Source: Trichinella spiralis
Lineage: Eukaryota
DNA length: 20,000 nucleotides
NCBI RefSeq assembly: GCF_000181795.1
Contig: NW_003526948.1
Location: 565,268-585,267, forward strand
Reading direction: 5' to 3'
The stretch's first letter is position 1, and each line of letters begins with the position of its first letter. The notes beneath the pieces were generated by a model, which worked only from the letters and a program-made list of their open reading frames with translations, searched no databases and was not told where the DNA came from. Positions 1 through 9,350 of this stretch are shown here, in pieces. A program made the translations under genes and the position numbers.

Positions 1-33
1 TGTAAATTTTCAAATGAAAAAAAAGTTTTTTAC

Positions 34-171
34 ATTTCTGACAATAAGCAGACGTTGATACAAAAATATTAATTCGCTGTGAAATAGTTCCCACATCGCT
101 TGCAGACGTTTCTGCAGTTGTGGTTCTATGACAATCCATTCGTCACCGTAAAGACACGTCCAATTTTTGTT
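34..171 (-). CDS. RhoGEF (Dbl family, PLEKHG5/PLEKHG7-like) exon encoding the start of the DH domain; gene continues beyond the left edge
   Basis: Acceptor ttttag (172-173), donor gtaaaa (33), 138 nt, phase 0/0. Translation NKNWTCLYGDEWIVIEPQLQKRLQAMWELFHSELIFLYQRLLIVRN matches the W...QEA(V/I)WEL(F/L)x(S/T)E pattern of DH conserved region 1 in PLEKHG5/7 (recalled, not searched). Confidence 0.9.
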
Positions 172-251
172 CTAAAAGAAAAACAATGCTCATAAATAAT
201 CTAAAGTCCAAGAAAGAAAGATTCAACTTTATTCATAAAAATTATGCTTAC

Positions 252-281
252 ATATAGAGCATAGTCAGCTGAATTTTGCTG
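252..281 (-). CDS. RhoGEF micro-exon (QQNSADYALY)
   Basis: Donor gtaagc at 251, tandem acceptor TAG/CAG at 282-283 and 279-280, phase 0/0, with an 80-nt intron to the DH exon. Confidence 0.7.
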
Positions 282-486
282 CTAGCAGCACTAACATTAC
301 AAACGCATATTTACAAAACATCCTCAGCATCAAATACGCCATATAATTCATAAGAAAAAGTATTTTGAAACAAATTTATCCTTTTTTACAGTTATTTAAG
401 TTATATAACATTGTAATTGAATCACTATGACATCACAGATATGCTGAAAAAGCAAAAATTCTCCTCTTACTAATTTCCTCTCTTAC

Positions 487-519
487 TGACTGAACTGGAA
501 CGTTAGGAAGAAAAAATAT
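487..519 (-). CDS. RhoGEF micro-exon (IFFLPNVPVQS)
   Basis: Acceptor ttttag at 520-521, donor gtaaga at 486, 33 nt, phase 0/0. The joined LQSFL|IFFLPNVP resembles the LHTYSMFGLPRLP segment preceding the PLEKHG5 DH domain (recalled). Confidence 0.7.
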
Positions 520-806
520 CTAAAACAGAGGTTTTGCTTTATATTAATGCAAATTTGCTATCAACGCTCAACTGAACTAACTGTTCATAATAACTCATGC
601 AGGTGATTTTCGTTGACATGAATTGCGCTTATTAATGCAAAGAAGAGAAAAAGAAAAACATGTCAGATATTAATATTTGTCATTGAGGATTGTGTGATTG
701 ACAAAGATTGAATAGCTTTGAAAAAATGAGATTATTGAAATGTTGATGATGAAAGCGGGATTGTGACGCCAACATGTGCCATTGCAAAGGTTATAAAGAT
801 GAAGAT

Positions 807-822
807 GAGTGAGTGAGTGAGT
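807..822. repeat. (GAGT)4 microsatellite
   Basis: Seen directly. Confidence 0.9.
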
Positions 823-1536
823 GTGTTTGAATTCAAAGCACATTAACTACTGATTGAAGGTGAATATGACACGAAAGCGTCATTTTCTTCCATCTTTTTG
901 CTGCCATGCGTCTTTCAACAATCTTCCATCATCAACTATGAATCAATTTCTTTTCATGCAAACATTTTTAATGTATTCACAAACAACACGATTCAAGCCA
1001 GATCGATTTGTCAGTATGGGGAAAAATTTATGCAACATTTAACCACTACTGACTTCGACCAGCAAAAGTCAAATCAATGAACATGCATCGCACTATTGCT
1101 GAGCCGTGTGTCAAACAGGCGTTATCCACTTTGTCAAAGCAAGTTAAAGGAATTGTTATTCTCATACAATAAACTATTAGAGACTGTTTGGAAATGGAGA
1201 AGTTTGCGCAAACAGGCCCAGCTGAGATTGAAAATCAATTTTCAGCAATTATCATCTTGCAAACGTTACTCACTAGTCAGAAGTAGTCCATTGCCCCCAC
1301 CCATCAAGCACAACCTCTATTCCAAATTTTGCTCGCATAAACAGCTTTCAAAGCTATCATAATTAGAAAACAACAACATGCACATGCAGTTTGCCAAGTG
1401 GAAATTTTGTGCAGGAGACCTTTTTTCGATGAAGCATTAATTGTCATTTAAATTGCTGTCCATAGAAATTACATTGCAAAATGAACATTTAATATGGGAA
1501 CATTTCAAATTAAAACAAATGAAAAACATAATTTAC

Positions 1537-1644
1537 CAAAAAACTTTGCAGTTTTTCGTTCACGTATTCACTGTCTTGACAATCGAGGGCTTGTCGAACA
1601 CGACGAATAATCTCACGCGCTTTAGCTCTCTGTGACCAGTCATA
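1537..1644 (-). CDS. RhoGEF exon (YDWSQRAKAREIIRRVRQALDCQDSEYVNEKLQSFL)
   Basis: Acceptor ctttgcag (1645-1646), donor gtaaat (1536), 108 nt open, phase 0/0, 51-nt upstream intron. Confidence 0.85.
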
Positions 1645-1695
1645 CTGCAAAGAAGAAAAGTGAAATTTACAGTATAAATTTCAACTTTTACTTAC

Positions 1696-1736
1696 AAGTC
1701 GTTTAAAAATCCATGGAGATTTTGATTTGGACAAAT
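1696..1736 (-). CDS. RhoGEF exon ((D)LSKSKSPWIFKRL)
   Basis: Acceptor cttcag (1737-1738), donor gtaagt (1695), phase 1/0 compatible with both neighbours. Confidence 0.85.
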
Positions 1737-1824
1737 CTGAAGCAGTTAAATAAAAAAACCATATTGCAAATACCTCACATGCTTAACAAATTAACACAAA
1801 GAAAACCGTAGGTACTGAATTTAC

Positions 1825-1875
1825 CTTCATCACCAGTACCAAATTTTTGCGAGCTGTTAGAGGATTTTTGCAAGC
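1825..1875 (-). CDS. RhoGEF exon ((G)LQKSSNSSQKFGTGDE)
   Basis: Acceptor cttttag (1876-1877), donor aag|gtaaat (1824), phase 1/1, 88-nt downstream intron. Confidence 0.8.
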
Positions 1876-3005
1876 CTAAAAGTGCAAGTAAAAATTAAAT
1901 AAAAAAAAAGGAAAAACCTGTTCATCAGAAGTGAATAATGGCAGTATGGATTTAGCTCAGTTCATGCTTGTTTAAACGTCACATTGCGTATTTCAGTAAA
2001 TAAATTCTATTCACTAAGCCATATTAAGCAGCGCATCAATTTTTAGAATCTATAAGCTCTAAATTAAGCTACAACTTTCTGAAAATCACATCACAGTAGT
2101 ACAGATCTGCATTGACCGAATCAAAAAAACAATTTCAGTTACGACATCCATTCAGTCTCATCATTCTCAACAGTAAGTATTATACTGTGAAAAAATCAAC
2201 AGCAGCACTTATTCAGTGGCGTCCAATTTAATGTAAATCCACTTTTTAAGTTCATGTTTAAAAAGTGTAATGTTTACAGCACAAATTAAATTAACTAATA
2301 AAGAAATTTACATTTCATAAAATCATCAACGCTCAGACAGTTTGTATATGTAGCTGTTGCTATGCAAGTAAGCAAACACTGAAAAACTGTGTTTAAAACT
2401 TATTTAAACAGAAACTTATTAAAACATTTACTATTATTAGCTACTATATTATTTAAACATATCATTATGAAAGAGTAGCACGGGATGCGTAGTGTCGCCT
2501 ATTAAGCAATTACGTTGTGATATTATCATTATCGTACTAATTGCTTTTTCAAAGTAACACTATTTTCCCTTCTGGAATTAAATCCTGAAACAAGCAGAGT
2601 TTTCATTATCGGTGCTTGATTGATACTTTTACTAATTAAAGTATAACTGAGTCTTCATCAACTAACAAACATGCACATACACTCAAATGATAATACAATA
2701 AGGCATGTTTGTGATACCAAAAGTGCAACATTTTACGCACCAGTATAGATTATGAAATATAAAAGTAAAACATCCACCCTATTATTATGCTTTAAAATTA
2801 ATAAATTACATTTACAGAAAACATCATAATTAAATAATAGGAATGTCAAATGTGTTTATGAAAAGAAATTCAGAAATTAGAAAACATGTTATAAGTTACC
2901 CGAGTTTTCCATGAAAAGCTGCTTATACTGAAATGATGGGAAAGAAGTGTATTTTATTTCCGTTTATGATGATGTTTTTACGTTGTGCTTTTGTAAAAGC
3001 AGTTC

Positions 3006-3198
3006 CGCATAGACTGAGCTTTTGGCCAGGGTGTTCTTTATATCGCTAGACCTGAATTATGCAAACGCGCAAGAGGCTTTTGAAGCAAGTGAGTTGACTT
3101 CAGGAATCAATATCTGGCAAACAAAAAAAATCGCAGAATAATAAAGAATAAAAAAAGTGTAGCCCCCGCAGATCATTCTTTACAAGGGCGTGGCTATT
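3006..3198 (+). mobile_element. Possible degenerate Ty3/gypsy reverse-transcriptase fragment in a RhoGEF intron
   Basis: With frameshifts it reads RID/ELLARVFFISLDLNYANAQEAFEASELTSGINIW.../SVAPADHSLQG/GVAI, in the same order as gypsy RT motifs (PRIDELLA..FSKLDL..AYxQ..TINT..SAPAIFQ..LQG..GVAVYLDD). No YxDD motif and no LTRs seen. Confidence 0.35.
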
Positions 3199-4461
3199 GC
3201 CAATAAGTCAAGCTCCACTGGAAGCACAGGCGAGCTCTAACCATGCAGACTAGAACAGAGATCAATTCTGTATACAAAAAGTACTCTCAAGAGCAATTAA
3301 TTGATACTTTACTCATGAAGAAGTATCAATAAAGCGAAGAAAAGAAATTGGTCGAAGCGTAAGGTGCTTTCAACAGAGGTCAGGGATGCAGATTCAAAAA
3401 ATATTACATCGATTCTTTATTTTATTGAGCAACAAGTTTAAAGAATTGTCCAACATTTAACAGAGAAAAAAATTATTAAAAGTAACTCAGTTTCCAATAA
3501 ATCTATAAATTCCATAGATTATCGTTCATCTAGTTGGTTGCACTGTAAAATTTGATTCACAACACGAAACTTCAAAAGCAGCTCAAATCAGATAATTGAA
3601 AATAAAAAATTTTCACTTTTACTTCATTTTTCTCACATAAATTTATTTTATAAAAAATTTAATCCATAAATGATTTTTATTTGCAATTTTTAAATTACAG
3701 TTTTCAAACGGCGATTAGTTCGCCTTCAGTAAATTCAACGCTTAAAGTGCTACTGTCTTTATGGGAAACTTCTTCTAAAGTAAACTCACTGAACTACATA
3801 CTTAAAAAATGTTATTTATAAAAGCTTTATTGATTTGATTAAACAGATTGTTAAAATCTTTTTTCACTAGTATAAAAAGTTAATGACATAATAAAAACCT
3901 CTTCAAAAATAGTGCACCTTGAAAATGAGTTAGTTGCCACATGCTATTTGTAAAAATTTACTCAATCTTACTTTCAAAGCTGTATATAGTTGAAATAAAA
4001 GAATTTTACAGCGCTTCTAGAGAAAAATAAATTACAGATTAATATATTCATTTGCAAATAATGCTATAAAAGCCAATGCAATTAAATAATTGCTCAAGCG
4101 AATGTTTATTTATTTTTCATATTAATGACTTTTTCGCCTATACATATATAATATTTATGAAGTTTCATGAAATTCATTTGACAAACTACAATTTACATTC
4201 AACATAATTAAAGTTCTGCTGGAGATGCTAATGGTAAGTATTCTGAAGAAATCTCCATCCTAAGGAGCAAGTACAAATTGACAAAAACCTTTACAAATAA
4301 CGCAGTTATTGCTAAAATCACTCAACAAGTAACTATTTTAATATACACACACAAAGTAATCGGCAAAATTTACTTATTTACTGGGTATAATTTTTTTCCA
4401 TAATTTACTTTCACATTTCATCAAAAGAAAAAAAATTAAAAAATAAAATTGCAAAACTCAC

Positions 4462-4577
4462 CTGCTCGAATAATTTCACGCTGACTTATGGCAAGATGAA
4501 AGAGTCGGAGTTCGTTTCGCAGCATGATTCTTTGTGATGCAAACAAAGAATTGTCACCAGATATGCTGTTGCAACTG
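4462..4577 (-). CDS. RhoGEF exon (SCNSISGDNSLFASQRIMLRNELRLFHLAISQREIIRA)
   Basis: Acceptor tttttag|cag (4578-4579, NAGNAG), donor cag|gtgagt (4461). Open in the phase 2/1 frame that both neighbours require; GC is higher than the flanks. Confidence 0.8.
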
Positions 4578-5589
4578 CTAAAAAGTTTTGCAATAAAATT
4601 AAACGATAATTTTGAATTCTAAAAGTAACAAGATAAAAAAACTTTAACATCCAAATAACTGCTTTTTCCCATAAATAATTAAAAAGCGTGCATTGGTTTG
4701 AGCACTGAAATGTTTTCCTTTAGTCATATTAAGATTTAATGGCTGCCATATTATTCCAATATTTTATAACATGTTCAAAAATGGAATTTTCAAATAAAGG
4801 GAAATGTTAAGACCAATGTGCATCAAATTCAGAACTTTTTTTCCACCCGCATTCTTAGTGCACTTTCACTTGAAATGAACGAATGAAATGAAAATTTTAC
4901 CACCCTAATTTCTTCAACTTTTCTAGCAAATATATTAAATATAGGTTTGTAAATGTTCGATTTCATATTCTGAAAAATCATATCAGCACAATCTGACGTC
5001 TGCATTTGTGCTAAATTTCAAATTTTATAAAATAAAAGCAGTCTTGTTACTATTTCATAAGTTTAATCAGCGAACAAAGTGATTATTAATATTTCATTAT
5101 AACTTTAACAAATATGCAATTTACAATATTCAGGTTAAAAATTTTTTTAAATTGCATTTGAAAACGGTGCACAAAAGTGTTTATATCTTTCTTCATTTAG
5201 TAAGAACAATGTGAAAATTGAATTGCTACAATACTCCTACCAAAAGCATACACGCGAATAGTAGAATAAGATTGCAAATAACTTGAATTTATATAATTCT
5301 ATTGAGTAATAATGGGAAAAACAGATCCATTTAAAGAATAAAAGAAAAATGTTTAGCGGTTGTTTTAGCAGAGGACATTATTTTCACTTTGACTGCTTGA
5401 AATTGCCAATGTAACAGTTATGCATTTATCTCATATGACAAATTTAATTAAAAATAGTTCCATCTTTTGTTACAAGCGATCTCCACAAGGGAAACGTTTA
5501 ACGATAAGCAATTTTATCTGACGCGAGATAAGCGTAGTTCGAAAAATTTTCACTTCAACAATATGCAATTCAAAAAACAAGGCGGCAAA

Positions 5590-5613
5590 AAGAAGAAGAA
5601 GAAGAAGAAGAAG
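5590..5613. repeat. (AAG)8 microsatellite
   Basis: Seen directly; explains the poly-Lys run in ORF 5467-5667. Confidence 0.95.
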
Positions 5614-6010
5614 AAAGAAGAGAATCCATTTACTCGAGAGATTCTAACTATTCGTTCTTTATACTAATTACCAGCCGTTGCATCATGCCATATAATTAGT
5701 CTCTGTATTCTCATATTGTCTCAGTGGGACGTGCAACCGTTCTAGATGAACCACCCTGGTATGAAATATTCATTACAAACAGTTTCAATTAACTGAATCG
5801 ATTTGAACGAACTGAAATGTAATTGTAAACGAATCAAATCGTTTCTCGAAAAAGAATAAACCTGAAACAATTTTTATTTTCTAAATTTCGTTTTCCAAAG
5901 TGCTCACTTATTCGTATGTAAAGCGGACTTATTGTTGAATGATAAAATTTTTTAATCGCCTGCTTCGCAGGGTATAAAAATGGCTAGGCAATTAAGATGA
6001 TTAAAATACG

Positions 6011-6028
6011 AATAATAATAATAATAAT
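6011..6028. repeat. (AAT)6 microsatellite
   Basis: Seen directly. Confidence 0.9.
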
Positions 6029-7074
6029 AGTATACTTGGAATAACTGTTCGACTCAAAAACATCAATGCTGAACTTGCAGTTGTGTAAATAGTAAAAGAA
6101 AAATTTTCCCATAACCATGCTTTTGCAAAAGTTGGACAAAATAATATGCTACAAGTAGCAAATTGATTAAAATTCTTGTGAGGCTTTGAAACAATAAAAT
6201 TGTGCGGCGCTTATTTCCCATGAAGTGCCGCTGGAAATTTACTGATTGAATTAATCGCATTGATTCGCTCTTGTAGCTTGGCAATCCTTATCTTAGCACT
6301 TATCAGTTAATGATGTTTGCCTTAAACTAGTTATCTAATTTTTGACTGTTTATGCCAAAGTTGCTTTGTTTCTCCTTTTCTGTGCCAAAAATATTCTACA
6401 AATATCCCCTTTCTTGCACAGCCATTTGAAAAGTAAAATTTATCTGATCAACATTAAAAGTGTCAAAAACAAAAAGTTACATATTATTATAAAAATAATT
6501 TCCTTGTTCCCATTCACAGCAGCAAAAACTAAAATATATTTTTAGTACTTTAAAAATAAAAAAGCCATAAGCAAAACTAAAATCAAAATGTCAAAACACT
6601 TTCTCGTAAAAAGATTGCTTTTTTACGAAAAATAAAAATGACTTTTATATAATTAAAATTGTGCTTAAAAACACTTGCTTACAATTGAAAACAGATATAT
6701 TATATATGCATACCAGTTGCAATTCCACCTTAGATTAATTCCAGTTGAAAACTCCAGTCAAATTGAATTGCTTGAATTGAATAAACGTTACATATCACAG
6801 TATTTGCATAAACAGCCGCACTAGTTAAAAATGAAACTACTGATTTCAAATTATTCATTTCGCCTTCTGCTGCGCAGTATAGCCGTGGGCAACGTTGAAA
6901 GTGCCAACAATGCAGCGCACTGAAGCTAACGTTTATCGCCATACTACTGCTGATAAGAATCAGCAGCTACATTTTTTATTTATCAAAGCGCAACAAGCAT
7001 GTATATTCAAGTGCAAAGTTATCGGATGAAGTTAAATTTTAAATGCTCTTCTATTCACCGATATTCAATCTGAT

Positions 7075-7090
7075 TGTGTGTGTGTGTGTG
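7075..7090. repeat. (TG)8 microsatellite
   Basis: Seen directly. Confidence 0.9.
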
Positions 7091-7546
7091 TCAACAAGGA
7101 AAGATCACATCGGACTTACAAAATATACAACGTTTTGTAAATTTCTTTACATCTGCTCCTTTAAATGTCTCTTAATTGGAATTTTAAATTTTGCAACTGG
7201 AAAGTATTACCTTGACTATGAATAATAAAATAATTATTACTAAAATTACAGTCAAATAAAATTCATTCTTTAAAATTGACTAGCATTCGTTTTCAACACG
7301 CTTCACGTAATTTATTTATAATAGAAGAAAGAGAAAGCATTAGAAAAAGTAAAAAAGTTATAAAGCAAATTACTTTCCTTCAGTTTGTTCACTTTCTACT
7401 CTTTAAGACCTATTGAAATGATCTGATGCATCAAACAACATTATGTATATAAATGAAACAAACACTTGTAAAACATCACTACATTAAATAATTGCAAAAT
7501 TTTTTTAAAGCTTAATTGAAAGCATAAGCAAAATGTAGCATCTTAC

Positions 7547-7587
7547 CTACAATTAGCGTCAGATGCTGAATCGGAACGTTCAATCAC
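7547..7587 (-). CDS. RhoGEF exon (VIERSDSASDANC)
   Basis: Acceptor cctag (7588-7589), donor tag|gtaaga (7546), phase 0/2 matching exon 4462-4577. Confidence 0.8.
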
Positions 7588-7648
7588 CTAGGTGGGAGAA
7601 TGTAATTTACTGAAATGCAAGGAATTTTACATGGATTAAATAAGTTAC

Positions 7649-7747
7649 CTTGCGATCTTCGGGAACTAAAGCATCTCGCCTGGACAGTACGGCAGGCGGT
7701 AATTCGACATTTTGAATATCTTCTTCATCGTTTGCATGTGCACCATC
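7649..7747 (-). CDS. RhoGEF exon (DGAHANDEEDIQNVELPPAVLSRRDALVPEDRK)
   Basis: Acceptor cttag (7748-7749), donor aag|gtaact (7648), 99 nt open, phase 0/0, 61-nt downstream intron. Confidence 0.85.
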
Positions 7748-7804
7748 CTAAGTGATAATAATTCAATGTAAAACTACTTTATAAATTCAGTCAACATGAT
7801 ATAC

Positions 7805-7890
7805 AGAAGTTTCGTCCAAAACACCACTATGCCATTGTACAATAGGCATCATGTATGAATTGCCGCTTTCGTACGGTTTGTTCACTAGCT
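7805..7890 (-). CDS. RhoGEF exon ((E)LVNKPYESGNSYMMPIVQWHSGVLDETS)
   Basis: Acceptor cttttag (7891-7892), weaker donor gtatat (7804), phase 1/0, 57-nt intron to 7747. Contains in-frame ATG ATG. Confidence 0.65.
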
Positions 7891-9313
7891 CTAAAAGACG
7901 ACCATTTATTCAATGGAGCAAATTTAGATTGACAAATTATTGCTTTGTAATGGAATGCATATTCGTTATTTAAATGCATACCGTTTAAGCTAGCACACAT
8001 GGAACAATAAAAGCAAATGTAAAAATTGTGATTTGTTAATTTTTGCAAGCATGCAAAGAGCAGCCTACCGCCACGGCACTGGCAAACATCTGGTAATGCG
8101 CAGGCCGCCAAAGTTTGTCTTTCACTGAAGATCGATATATGTAAGAGAGGCGCGCTATAGCGAAACAAATGCGCCGTAAAGACTCCTTCGGGAAAGCTTT
8201 CATTGTTCCAAACTTCGCCTACCGTGCGCGACTGTTGTCTCTGGTTGTCAGATTGCGCAAATTAAGAATTTCTACTTTTTTCCTGTTACCCGTTAATGCA
8301 ATAAATATTTCGTTTTCACTTAGTATAATATACATGCTCATCAAATAATATTATTCGTTTTAGTATGCCGCTGTCGACATGTTTCGTAAAATAAAGAAAA
8401 GAATGTAAAATGCATTATAGCTTAAAGTCACAGTTGCATTTATTTAAGTCGCTGAAATTCTATAACTAACATTATTTCAACTGCTGCAGGCATAAAATCT
8501 GCTCATACGTCACAAGATTTTACAAACTATTAAAATTTACTTTCCTTTTTTTATTATACTTTATATAGAATATTAACTTGGATATTAAATTCGACCATTA
8601 ATTATTTTTTTAAATTAAAGCAAATGTAATTTGCAAAAACCTGAACGTTGATCTCATTTTATTTCAAAATACATCCTGTATAAGGTATTTTAATAATTTT
8701 AAAATAGAAAGCAGTTTTTAAAAACAAATCCAGCTGCTCATAGTGCTGATATTTCGAAAATTTTAACATTAAAAAATTTGAATACTAAAAATTAAAGTTT
8801 GAAAAGCCTCGCTTTTGTTACAGATGAAAACTGTTGCAACTATAACCTCAATTATATATGTCTAAGCCCTGGCGCATTACGTACGAATCTTTTATCAAAT
8901 AAAAAAATGCCATCGCAATAAAAATTTATAATCTTTTTTAAAAATCATCAATGCTTTATTAATAGTAAGAAAAGCATGGAAAAGCAGAGCTATTTATCTT
9001 TACTTGGTCATTCTGGACCTGCAAAATCAGCATCCTCAAACTGTACATTTACAAAAAGAATGTTTTAATTGGATATGTTATATCTCAAAAAATTTCACTT
9101 AAACAAATGACCAGTTGAAATCTATTGCTTCAATAGAAAGCAACAACTTATAGTTGACGCATGATAGGGCAAAAACATTGCCATGATTATTTTCTTCTTT
9201 CACTTGCGTTGTATTTAACAAAGAGAATAGTAGCCGATTATGCATTACAATTAAGTAGAAGGAAACAAAAAGCATCGACTAGATGTTGTAGTTGTAGCTA
9301 ACCCCTGCCTCAC

Positions 9314-9350
9314 CGTTTAATTTAATCGCATGCTGCAGTTGTGTCGACAT
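9314..9350 (-). CDS. Candidate first coding exon of the RhoGEF (MSTQLQHAIKLN)
   Basis: gaaATG at 9350, donor g|gtgagg at 9313. The phase-1 end matches exon 7805-7890. An upstream acceptor cttcag lies at 9451-9452. Confidence 0.45.

Noticed and set aside
854..1635. + strand ORFs 854-1042, 898-1080, 1096-1362 and 1441-1635
   Set aside because: Short, no recognisable motifs, mostly TTG starts, and antisense to RhoGEF introns or exons.
1939..1962. tggcagtatggatttagctcagtt resembles miR-34
   Set aside because: There is no complementary arm to form a precursor hairpin, and several positions mismatch.
2966..3055. ATGATGA...CTGA...CTGA as a box C/D snoRNA
   Set aside because: It is antisense to the host intron, with no convincing terminal stem or recognisable rRNA guide.
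5467..5667. Poly-Lys ORF
   Set aside because: Produced by the (AAG)8 microsatellite.
6604..6628. Inverted repeat tcgtaaaaa/tttttacga, terminator-like
   Set aside because: An A/T-run stem is expected by chance, and the context is eukaryotic.
6063..7225. ORFs 6063-6284, 6342-6545, 6730-6942 and 7043-7225
   Set aside because: Intronic, with composition typical of AT-rich non-coding DNA. I found no canonical donor in the phase needed to join exon 4462-4577.
8824..8880. + strand exon-like segment reading DENCCNYNLNYICLSPGAL (C-type-lectin-like YIC)
   Set aside because: Isolated, with no partner exons or WxD motif.
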